Of a DNA stretch of 64,000 nucleotides, positions 19,439 to 27,786 are shown one piece after another (position 1 is the stretch's first letter; every line of letters starts with the position of its first letter). The notes under the pieces were generated by a model that saw nothing but the letters and a program-made list of their open reading frames with translations, did no database searches and was not told the origin of the DNA. Both the position numbers and the translations under genes were made by a program. The stretch comes from Thermoanaerobaculia bacterium. Its GTDB lineage: Bacteria; Acidobacteriota; Thermoanaerobaculia; UBA5066. The stretch spans positions 352,001-416,000 of the forward strand of contig CAWFJJ010000028.1 of the NCBI GenBank assembly GCA_963816185.1, given 5' to 3'.

Positions 19439-20389
19439 TCATCGTCCGACGACGGCCCACGCCGTCGGCAAGGAGGCCGGTGGCGGCTCGAACGGGTCCG
19501 TCATCGCCCGAGCGTCGAGCGCCTTACGGTAGCGGCGCACGAGCGGCGCCAGCAGCTCCACCGGAAGGCTTCGGCCTTGCAGCTTCAGGACATCGGCTCC
19601 CGCCTCGGCATAGGCGCCGACATCCGCGATCCGGCTGATCTGCCGGCTCGGAAAAAGGCGCGTGTCGACATGACGACCGGCGGCGAAGAGCTCCCACGGT
19701 TGCTGGCAGATTCTGAAGCAGGCCCCGACGCCCCCTCGCTTCACGCTGCCGGTCTGCCGCAAACCCTGATGAGCACCCTCCGGCGCCTCGCCCGCGAAGT
19801 CCCTCGACGAGCCTGCGGCCCGGAAGGGCGACGGCTTCAAATGCACGTAGCTCGGCATCCAGCATTTTCCGAGCAGGACGAACTCCTCGACCATGTGGAC
19901 CATGATCTCCACGGAGATTCCCCCGACCGTTCTGATCTCGCGCACCTCGGCGGGGCTCACCGTCCCCGGCAGGACGACGGCGTGGGCGCCCAGGTCCCGG
20001 AAGAGAGCGACGTCGGCGACGGTCTGGGCGCCGCAGCCGATGCTGGCGGTCAGCCGCAACCTCTCGAAGCGTCGCTTGAGGTCCGCGAGGATTCCGACGT
20101 CGTTCACGATGACATCCCGAATCCCGAGCTCCAGGAGGGCGGCGACATGCTCGAAGAGTCGTGCACGTTCCGCGGGCTTCGGAATCGTGTTGAGGGCGAC
20201 CTGGAGACCCCGGCCGGCCGAGGTCACCTCGTCCCACGCGGCCTCGAGCTCGTCCCAGCGCAGCTCTCTCCGCGCCCCGCCGCGGCTCCAGCCCTCGAGG
20301 CCCACATACACGGCGTCTGCCCCCGCGCCGAGAGCGGCCCGGACGGCCTCGAGACTTCCGGCCGGCACGAGGAGGAGAGGCACTGCCAT
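19439..20389 (-). CDS. U32-family Fe-S protein (UbiU/TrhP-like)
   Basis: LLVPAGSLEA, GADAVYVG, VIVNDVG, GKCWM, CFRIC, LKLQGR. Confidence 0.85.
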   Translation of the reverse strand: MAVPLLLVPAGSLEAVRAALGAGADAVYVGLEGWSRGGARRELRWDELEAAWDEVTSAGRGLQVALNTIPKPAERARLFEHVAALLELGIRDVIVNDVGILADLKRRFERLRLTASIGCGAQTVADVALFRDLGAHAVVLPGTVSPAEVREIRTVGGISVEIMVHMVEEFVLLGKCWMPSYVHLKPSPFRAAGSSRDFAGEAPEGAHQGLRQTGSVKRGGVGACFRICQQPWELFAAGRHVDTRLFPSRQISRIADVGAYAEAGADVLKLQGRSLPVELLAPLVRRYRKALDARAMTDPFEPPPASLPTAWAVVGR

Positions 20390-20510
20390 CACCCCGGCCA
20401 AAATACTACGTGCCGTCGACTATTCATCGCGTCGAGTGATTTTAGGCTGCGATTCCGGCCGCGAGTCAAGATGTTTCTCTCGATTCGCTCGTACCCTGTA
20501 ATCTCCGGCG

Positions 20511-21035
20511 ATGGCAGCGCGCCACGGTCTCACGGAAACGTACCGCACGATGGCGAATCTGCGGCGGTTTTTCGAGTCGGTCCGGAGGACGATCACGGCC
20601 GAGCCGACGACCGGGGGCCTCACGCCCGCCCAGCAGTTCGCCCTCCTGACGCTCGCGGGCAGCCCGTCGGACGCCCCCCTGACGATCGGCGACCTGGCGC
20701 GCGAGACGTTTGCCACGATGAACACGACCTCCGCCCTCGTGAGGAGGATGGAGCGCACCGGCCTCGTCCGCACGACGCGCTCCCCGAGGGATCGCCGCTT
20801 CGTCTACGTCAAGCTGACGGCATCCGGCGAACGCCGCCTTCGTCCATCCACGGCCGCCGTTGCAAAGGCCCTGCGCGCTGCGGCCGACGAGCAGGGAAGA
20901 GCCCAGCTCCGCACCGCGTTCGAGACGTGGTTCGACAACTGGGGCGCCGTCATCAAGGCGCTGTCGTCCTCTCCCCGCAGGCGTGGGCGCCGAACGCGCC
21001 GGCAAGTCGCCGGGAGATGGCGGGCTCGCCCTTAA
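20511..21035 (+). CDS. MarR-family transcriptional regulator
   Basis: GLTPAQQFALL, LVRRMERTGLV, DRRFVYVKLTASG; divergent from the U32 operon. Confidence 0.9.
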   Translation: MAARHGLTETYRTMANLRRFFESVRRTITAEPTTGGLTPAQQFALLTLAGSPSDAPLTIGDLARETFATMNTTSALVRRMERTGLVRTTRSPRDRRFVYVKLTASGERRLRPSTAAVAKALRAAADEQGRAQLRTAFETWFDNWGAVIKALSSSPRRRGRRTRRQVAGRWRARP

Positions 21036-21040
21036 GGCTC

Positions 21041-21346
21041 CTACTTCCTCTTGTCGCTCACCTGGGTCAGCAGCGAGTCGCTGACGTGCGTGACGAGGCC
21101 GTGGAAGACGACCTTGACCTTGCGGAAGCCCGGGTCGGTGAGGATCTTCTCGAGCGCCGCGAGGCTCTCGAGGTCGACCTGGACGAGCCGCTGCGGGGAG
21201 GATCCGCCCAGCATGCTCTTGTAGGTGCGGACGGCCTTGACGCCTTTGAACTTCAACCAGATGTTCTTGCCGGGGCCCTTGGTGTACCTCTCGTACTCCC
21301 TGAGCTTCCCGGGCAGGACGTCGAACCTGTACTCGAACGTGACCAT
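21041..21346 (-). CDS. Small dimeric alpha+beta barrel-like protein (NIPSNAP/DUF1330/EthD-like)
   Basis: 101 aa, 'FDVLPGKLREYE...DLESLAALE'; AAGGAGG RBS before ATG 21346. Confidence 0.55.
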   Translation of the reverse strand: MVTFEYRFDVLPGKLREYERYTKGPGKNIWLKFKGVKAVRTYKSMLGGSSPQRLVQVDLESLAALEKILTDPGFRKVKVVFHGLVTHVSDSLLTQVSDKRK

Positions 21347-21365
21347 GGAACTGCCTCCTTGATTC

Positions 21366-22142
21366 CTATCTTCCCGTCCAGACGGCCGCTCTCTTGCCGA
21401 GGAACGCCGAGATCCCTTCCTGTGCATCGGACGTCATGGAGCTCATCGACATGATCTCCTTGGTGTACGCGTACGCTTTCGGCTGATCGAGGTCGATCTG
21501 CGAGTAGAAAGCCTGTTTCCCGATGGCGAGCGTGACGGGGCTCGCCTCCGCAATGTGCGCCGCGAGCTTGCGAGTCTCCTCACGGAGCGCGCCTGAAGGC
21601 ACGACGCCGTTGACGAGCCCCCAGTCAGCGGCCGTCGTCGCGTCGATCGGGTCCCCGGTCAAAAGCATCCGGAGGGCGCGCTTGCGACCGACCGCACGGG
21701 TCAACGCGACCATCGGAGTCGCGCAGAAGAGGCCGATCTTGACTCCCGGCGTGGCGAACCAGGCCTCCTCGGCGGCGACCGCGAGGTCACAGGTCGCCAC
21801 GAGCTGGCATCCCGCCGCGGTGGCGACGCCCTGAACCTCGGCGATGACGGGCTGCGGAATCGACTGGATCTTCATCATCAGCTCGGCACAGACGTCGAAG
21901 ATCTGGCGGTAATCGTTGATGTTCCTCCCGACCAGCTCGCTGAGATCGTGTCCCGAGCTGAAGACCTTCCCGGCCGCGGCGAGAATGACGGCGCGGAGCT
22001 GCCGGTCCTCTCCGATGCGTCCGAGGCAGTCCAGCAGCTCCCGCATGAGCGCCAGCGAAAGGGCGTTGCGCCTCGCGGGTCGGTTCAGCGTCACGACCGC
22101 GACGGCCCCATCCGTCTCGAAGCAAAGGCTTTCGTATCCCAT
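21366..22142 (-). CDS. Enoyl-CoA hydratase/crotonase family protein
   Basis: TLNRPARRNAL, FSSGHDL, PVIAEVQGVATAAGCQL, DAQEGISAF; AGGAG RBS. Confidence 0.92.
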   Translation of the reverse strand: MGYESLCFETDGAVAVVTLNRPARRNALSLALMRELLDCLGRIGEDRQLRAVILAAAGKVFSSGHDLSELVGRNINDYRQIFDVCAELMMKIQSIPQPVIAEVQGVATAAGCQLVATCDLAVAAEEAWFATPGVKIGLFCATPMVALTRAVGRKRALRMLLTGDPIDATTAADWGLVNGVVPSGALREETRKLAAHIAEASPVTLAIGKQAFYSQIDLDQPKAYAYTKEIMSMSSMTSDAQEGISAFLGKRAAVWTGR

Positions 22143-22170
22143 CTGAAGTCTCCTTTGCCGGCCGCTCTCT

Positions 22171-22503
22171 CTAGTGCCCGCAATATTGCGGGAAGTACTC
22201 GTCGTCCCCGATGAACTCGGGGAACTGGACGCGCACTTCGCCCAGGGGATGGAAGTCGGCGTCGAACTCCAGGGCGACCACACGCTGGTCCTGGCCGTCG
22301 TAGTACCGGAAGACATAGCGCCCGTCAGGCAGAGCCAGAGCATCGATCGCGCGGCTGTCGTCGAAGTTGAGAGCCATGCTTACCAGCAGGTCGGGGACCG
22401 AATAGACGACGCCCTTGATCGTCAGGGTCTGTTCGCCGCTCCCGAGGGGGCCGTAGCGGCTCTCCATCAGCGCCGGGCCTTTCAACCCAGCCACGGCGCT
22501 CAC
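22171..22503 (-). CDS. Hypothetical protein (110 aa)
   Basis: GTGA overlap with the upstream gene, GC3-biased codons, fills the operon gap. Confidence 0.6.
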   Translation of the reverse strand: MSAVAGLKGPALMESRYGPLGSGEQTLTIKGVVYSVPDLLVSMALNFDDSRAIDALALPDGRYVFRYYDGQDQRVVALEFDADFHPLGEVRVQFPEFIGDDEYFPQYCGH

Positions 22504-22718
22504 GCTTCCTTCGGAGCCGCCGCGGGCCGCTTGAAGATCAGGTGCAGACCGATCGTCCCGTAGGCCACGCCATCTTTGTTCGGAGCGATGAGCGGGGCAG
22601 CCGAGACGAGCTCCCAGCCTTCGGAGCCGGCGCCGTTAATCCAGGTGTCCAGGCCGCTCACCATGCCACCTTCTCCGTCGCTGAAGATGACCATTCGATC
22701 GAAGTACTCCCACTGCAT
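22500..22718 (-). CDS. DUF4177-like small protein
   Basis: MQWEY...INGAGSEGWELVS...FKRP signature. Confidence 0.75.
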   Translation of the reverse strand: MQWEYFDRMVIFSDGEGGMVSGLDTWINGAGSEGWELVSAAPLIAPNKDGVAYGTIGLHLIFKRPAAAPKEA

Positions 22719-22776
22719 GATCGCTCCCGTTACGCACCTCAGCCTAGCACAGGGCCACGGGAGAACCGGCGTCTCG

Positions 22777-23514
22777 TCAGGCTTTTGCGAGGTGGTCGCC
22801 GAGCCAGGCGCTGAGGGTCTCGCAGGCCGAGCGGTTGAACCGCAGCTCGCTGTGGTTGAACCAGCGCGGGAGGTAACGGATCAGGCCGCTCTCGTGCTGG
22901 ACGTCGGGGCGGATATTCTCGGAGACGAGGCGCTTTTCGGAGGCGGGGAGCTCGGCCTGCAGGCCCGCGGCGCCGTCGAGAAGCGCCTGGATGTCGCGCT
23001 CCGAGTAGAGGAGGAGACAGGGGCGGCCATGCGACGGGACGGGGCCGAGCTTTTCGAGGAGCTCGAGGACGTATCCCGAGTAAGGCTCGCGGAGCCCGGG
23101 GCTCGGGAGGTTCTCGAACATCCATTTGCCCTGCGGGGACATTTGCATCATGACGGACGGCGACATCGCCACCATGACGTCCGCCGACGACATGAGCGCG
23201 AGCCTCCCCCCGAGGCTGTGGCCGATCACCGCCGTCTTGCCGAAACGCCGGACGAACGCGACGGCGGCCTCGAGCTCATCGCGCATCGCCGGGCCGATCG
23301 GCGCCATGTTCTCGCCGTGCCCGCAGAGGTCGACCGCGAGAACGGCGATCCCTTTCTCGGCCACGGCCGTGGCGATCCCGAGCATCTGCTCCTTCGACGA
23401 GCCGTAGCCGGGGCACGCCACGGCACCGCCGCGCGGCGAGGCCGGGACGAAAAGAAAGCCGGGGATGACATGGCCGTCCGGCGCCCTCAAGTCGTTCACC
23501 CTCCGAAATTCCAT
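22777..23514 (-). CDS. Alpha/beta hydrolase
   Basis: PGYGS, AVDLCGHGE, nucleophile elbow GHSLGG. Confidence 0.85.
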   Translation of the reverse strand: MEFRRVNDLRAPDGHVIPGFLFVPASPRGGAVACPGYGSSKEQMLGIATAVAEKGIAVLAVDLCGHGENMAPIGPAMRDELEAAVAFVRRFGKTAVIGHSLGGRLALMSSADVMVAMSPSVMMQMSPQGKWMFENLPSPGLREPYSGYVLELLEKLGPVPSHGRPCLLLYSERDIQALLDGAAGLQAELPASEKRLVSENIRPDVQHESGLIRYLPRWFNHSELRFNRSACETLSAWLGDHLAKA

Positions 23515-23515
23515 C

Positions 23516-23962
23516 TCACTGCTCCTTCGCCTTGGCCTCGAGGGCCGCGAGGCGCACGTTGAGCTCTTTTTGCTTCTGCCAGCGGGCCGTCACGTCCTGG
23601 ACGATCGCGGCCACGCCGGCAAGCTCGCCGCTGCCTCCGCGGACGAGGACGACGTTGAACTCGATGGAGATCCGCGAGCCGTCTTTCCGCACGGCCGGAA
23701 CCGCAAGCGGGTCGCGCCCATATTTCGTGACCCCGCTCGCCATGACTTTCTCCCAGCCTTCCCAGTGTCTCTGCCTCTGGCGCTCGGGCACGATCAGGTC
23801 CAGCGACTGTCCGAGCGCCTCTTTTTCCGTGTAGCCGAACACGGTCTCGGCTCCGGAGTTCCAGAGGCGAATCTTCCCCTCGCGGTCGGCGAAGAGGATC
23901 GCCATCGGGCTGTTCTCGACGATTCTCCGGCAAAGCCAGCCGTGGTCAGGGGACTCGGTCAT
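23516..23962 (-). CDS. Stand-alone PAS domain protein
   Basis: ILFADREGKIRLWNSGAETVFGY..EALGQSLDLIVP...KDG...IVQDVT, followed by a short helical tail. Confidence 0.88.
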   Translation of the reverse strand: MTESPDHGWLCRRIVENSPMAILFADREGKIRLWNSGAETVFGYTEKEALGQSLDLIVPERQRQRHWEGWEKVMASGVTKYGRDPLAVPAVRKDGSRISIEFNVVLVRGGSGELAGVAAIVQDVTARWQKQKELNVRLAALEAKAKEQ

Positions 23963-26783
23963 GTGATTCTCCTTCGACGGTCACGCTCGCGACCTGGGCG
24001 GAAGGGTCTGCGGCGCGCGGGCGTGCCGGCGCCGTCGTCGTGTAACGGGCGGCCCGTTCCTTGTGAGGACGCGCCACGCGAATGCGCGCATCGAGGATGC
24101 GGCAGCCGTCGCCGGGAGACCCGACGAAGATCGGGCTGAGCTCGAGCTCCGCGATGTCCGGCGCTTCCTCGACCAGACGGGAGACGCGCAGCAGGACGTC
24201 CTGGATCGCCTCGATGTCGGCGGGCGGGTACCCGCGATAACCCGTGAGCAGGGGATAGCCGCGGGCTTCCCGCACCATGGCGGCGGCGGCGCGGTCTGTC
24301 AGGGGAGTCACGCGCACGGCACGATCCGCGATCGCCTCTACATGAATTCCGCCGAGACCGAACGCGATGAGAGGACCGAAGGAAGGGTCCTCGAACATTC
24401 CGACCGTCACCTCGACGTCTCCCTTGAACATCGGCAGGACGAGCACGCCTTCCTTCGCCTCGAACGTGCCGTCCGCCGTCAGGGAATCGCGAATCACGTC
24501 GAAGGCTCTCCGGGCCGCGACCTCGTCGGGGACGTTCAGATGGACCGCCCTCTTCTCGGTCTTGTGAAAGACCTGGGGGCTGGCCGACTTGACCGCGACC
24601 GGGAACCCTACGCTCCGGGCCATCTTGGCGGTCTCGTCGGCGGTGCGGGCGACCCCACCCGCAGCGACGGGAAGGCGCATGGCTCGAAGGACTGCCCTTG
24701 CTTCCTCCGCCGTGAGCCAACCCGCCCCGCGCTCTTCGATCGCCCGCCGGCACGTTCCGCGCGCGGACGCCGGCTCGATGTCGTCGAAGTCGGGAACGAT
24801 CCCGTGCGGGCCTGCTCGCCACACGGCGTACGTCGCGATCTTGCCGAGCACGCGCGCAGCAGATTCCGGGTACGCATACGTGGGAATGCTCTCGCCGCCG
24901 AGCGCAATCGGCCCGCTGGCATCTTCCTTCGCCACGAGGCAGACCAGAACCGGCTTGCCGGCTCCGCCCGCAGCGCGCGCGCCCGCCGTGCCCCGCCGGA
25001 TCGCCTCCAGCATCGCGGCCGATCCTTCCTCGTCGAGCGGGGTTTGGATCGCGATCACGGAATCCACGTCGCGATCGACGAGGAGCGACTCGAGCGCCTG
25101 AGAGTACTGATCCGCCGAGGCCGAAGCGCCAAGCACGAGCGGATTGCCGATCGCCGCACCGGGCGAGAGAAAGGCCTCGAGCCGCCTTGCCGTCGAGTCG
25201 GAAAAGGGACTGACGGAAAGCCGGGCCGCCTCGCAGGCGCCCTCGCAGAGGATGCCGGGGCCGATTCGGTCCGAGAGGATCGCCACGCGGCGCCCCAGAG
25301 GCAAAGGCTGCCGGTCAAGCGCGGAAGCGAGATCGAACATCTCGTCCAGCGTCTCGGCGCGGATGACTCCAGTCTGGCGGAAGAGCGCATCCACTGCGGC
25401 GTCGTCCGCGACGAGAGCCGCCTCGCCGGATCCGGTCTCCACGCTCGCCGCCCGGCGCCCCGGTTTCACGACCACGATCGGCTTCTCTCGGCTCACGCCC
25501 CGGGCGATTCGCGCGAACCGCCGTGGATTCCCGAACGACTGGAGGTAAAGGAGGATGACGCGCGTCGCTTCGTCGCCTTCCCAGTACTGGAGGAGGTCGT
25601 TGCCGGAGATGTCGGCCTTGTTTCCCACGTTGATGAAAGTCGAGATGCCCACGTGTCGCTGCCGCGCGAGGGACAGCATGGCGAGACCCAGCGCGCCGCT
25701 CTGGGACAGCATCGCGACGCTTCCGCTCGGCGGGAGAATCGGGGATGCCGAAGCGTTGAGCCGGATCGCCGGATCGGCGTTCAGGAGGCCCATGGAGTTG
25801 GGCCCGACCAGGCGCATCCCGTGGCCTCGAGCTTTCTCGAGGAGTTTCTCCTGCAGGGAACGCCCCTCGGCCCCCGCCTCGGCGAATCCCGCGGTGACGA
25901 CGACGAGCGCCCGGACGCCGGCCGCGGCGCAGTCGTCCACCGCATCCAGCACCGCGTCGCGCGGCGCGACCATGATGGCGAGATCCGTCCCTTGCGGGAT
26001 CTCGCGTGCGGAGGGAAAGGCCGGCCATGGCGCGATGGAGGGCAAAGTCGGGCTGGCCGCGTAGACAGGGCCCTGGAAACCTCCCTTGGACAGCGCCTCG
26101 AGGATGCGCAATCCGATGCTCGAGGTCTCGCGGGACGCGCCGACGACCGCGATGGACCGCGGCCGGAAGAAGGGACGAAGCGAGGCGGTCGTGAAGACGC
26201 GGTCCCTCATTTCCGAACGGCTGACGCTGTCCTCGCTCGGAGCGACCGTGAAGTCGATCTCGACGGATTCATCCTCGATCCTGGAGTGGATCGGAAATCC
26301 CGACTGCCGAAACGTCTCCAGCATGAGCTGGTTCCCCAGCAACGTCAGAGCCCAGAAGCGAACGAAGCCGTGCCGCGCCGCAAGGAGGGCCAGCCGCTCG
26401 AGGAGAAGACCTCCGAGGCCCTTCCCTTGAAACTCGTCATCCACCGCGAAGGCGACCTCGGCGCTCGCCTCGTCGCGCGCGACGTAGGAGCCGGTCGCGA
26501 TGATCCGGGACGTGCCCTCCACGACCCGGCTCACGATCAGCGTGAGCTGCACCCGAGGGTTGGACGAATCGCACTGCCGCTTGAGCAGCGACTCTGCCGG
26601 ATCGGCGGCCGAGAAGAAGCGGCGCCGCTTCGACTCGGGCGAGAGCTGATGGAAGAACTCGCGCAGCGCGTCGAGGTCTCCCGGCTCCGAAAGGCGGATG
26701 AACGCGGTGGAGCCGTCGCGCAGAATGAGACGGCCGGATTCCGCGGAGTCCTGATAGGTCGGCGGCAGGAAAAGGGTTCGCAT
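23946..26783 (-). CDS. Pat-type protein lysine acetyltransferase (N-terminal GNAT plus NDP-forming acyl-CoA ligase-like domains)
   Basis: LRDGS, AEVAFAVDDEFQGKGLG (GNAT), then IAVVGAS, VGPNSMG, SQSG, GNKAD and ATP-grasp. The SHT phospho-His motif is absent. Confidence 0.88.
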   Translation of the reverse strand: MRTLFLPPTYQDSAESGRLILRDGSTAFIRLSEPGDLDALREFFHQLSPESKRRRFFSAADPAESLLKRQCDSSNPRVQLTLIVSRVVEGTSRIIATGSYVARDEASAEVAFAVDDEFQGKGLGGLLLERLALLAARHGFVRFWALTLLGNQLMLETFRQSGFPIHSRIEDESVEIDFTVAPSEDSVSRSEMRDRVFTTASLRPFFRPRSIAVVGASRETSSIGLRILEALSKGGFQGPVYAASPTLPSIAPWPAFPSAREIPQGTDLAIMVAPRDAVLDAVDDCAAAGVRALVVVTAGFAEAGAEGRSLQEKLLEKARGHGMRLVGPNSMGLLNADPAIRLNASASPILPPSGSVAMLSQSGALGLAMLSLARQRHVGISTFINVGNKADISGNDLLQYWEGDEATRVILLYLQSFGNPRRFARIARGVSREKPIVVVKPGRRAASVETGSGEAALVADDAAVDALFRQTGVIRAETLDEMFDLASALDRQPLPLGRRVAILSDRIGPGILCEGACEAARLSVSPFSDSTARRLEAFLSPGAAIGNPLVLGASASADQYSQALESLLVDRDVDSVIAIQTPLDEEGSAAMLEAIRRGTAGARAAGGAGKPVLVCLVAKEDASGPIALGGESIPTYAYPESAARVLGKIATYAVWRAGPHGIVPDFDDIEPASARGTCRRAIEERGAGWLTAEEARAVLRAMRLPVAAGGVARTADETAKMARSVGFPVAVKSASPQVFHKTEKRAVHLNVPDEVAARRAFDVIRDSLTADGTFEAKEGVLVLPMFKGDVEVTVGMFEDPSFGPLIAFGLGGIHVEAIADRAVRVTPLTDRAAAAMVREARGYPLLTGYRGYPPADIEAIQDVLLRVSRLVEEAPDIAELELSPIFVGSPGDGCRILDARIRVARPHKERAARYTTTAPARPRAADPSAQVASVTVEGESHDRVP

Positions 26784-26879
26784 GAAAGCGGACGTCGTGC
26801 CTACCCGCCCGGGGCGTCAGCGTGACCGGTCATCTTAGCACCGCATCGGCGGCGGCGGGGGTCCGCTATCATCCTGCGC

Positions 26880-27740
26880 GTGTCAGCGGCCGTCCCGATT
26901 TTCGACGCGCACATTCACGTCGGCCCGCACGATCGGATGAACGAAGGGGCCCGCCGCATCATGCTGGACGGGCGAGACGATCTCGACCTCCTCGAGCGGG
27001 TCATGGGCTCGGCGGACGAGCTCCTCCGGGCGATGGATGCCGAGGGCATCGCGCGCGCGGCTCTCATCAACTCCGTGGCTCCCGACACCCTCGGAATCAC
27101 CGACATGGTGAACCCCTGGATCGCGCGATACGTGGAGGGTCACCGCGACCGGCTCGTTCCGGTCGGAGGGATCCACCCGCGGCACTCCCGCGACGTCGCC
27201 CAAGACATGAAGAAGCTGCTCGACGTCTACCGTCTGGGCGCGATCAAGCTCCACCCGCCCCACATGGAGATGGCCGCGAATGCGTACCGGACGGACTGCC
27301 CCTCCCTCGCCGACGTCTACCGCCTGGCGGGGGAGGCCAACCGGCCGGTCCTGATCCACACGGGGACTTCCATTTTTCCCGGCGCGCGCAACGTCTATGC
27401 GGACCCGATGGCGTGCGACGACGTGGCCGTCGACTTCCCCGGGACCACGCTCGTTCTCTGCCACGCCGGCCGCCCTCTTTGGTACGAGACGGCGTTCTTC
27501 CTCGCGAGGCGCCATCCGAACGTCCTGCTCGACCTCTCGGGCATCCCGCCGCGGAAGCTCCTCGAGGTCCTTCCCCGGATCTCCGAGATCGCCGATCGCG
27601 TCTTGTGGGGAACCGACTGGCCCTCGAAGGGCGTCCGCTCGATGCGCCGGAACGTCGACGATTTCCTGGCGCTTCCCCTTTCGGACTCGGTGCGGCGGAA
27701 GATCCTGTTCGACAACGCGGCCGCGCTCTTTCCGGTCTGA
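26880..27740 (+). CDS. Amidohydrolase_2 family metallohydrolase
   Basis: DAHIH, IKLHP, IHTG, CHAG, WGTDWP; TATCAT lies 7 nt before the GTG. Confidence 0.88.
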   Translation: MSAAVPIFDAHIHVGPHDRMNEGARRIMLDGRDDLDLLERVMGSADELLRAMDAEGIARAALINSVAPDTLGITDMVNPWIARYVEGHRDRLVPVGGIHPRHSRDVAQDMKKLLDVYRLGAIKLHPPHMEMAANAYRTDCPSLADVYRLAGEANRPVLIHTGTSIFPGARNVYADPMACDDVAVDFPGTTLVLCHAGRPLWYETAFFLARRHPNVLLDLSGIPPRKLLEVLPRISEIADRVLWGTDWPSKGVRSMRRNVDDFLALPLSDSVRRKILFDNAAALFPV

Positions 27741-27786
27741 CGGCATGATGACCGCGCCTGCAGATTCCCGTTAGACTTCTTCCATC

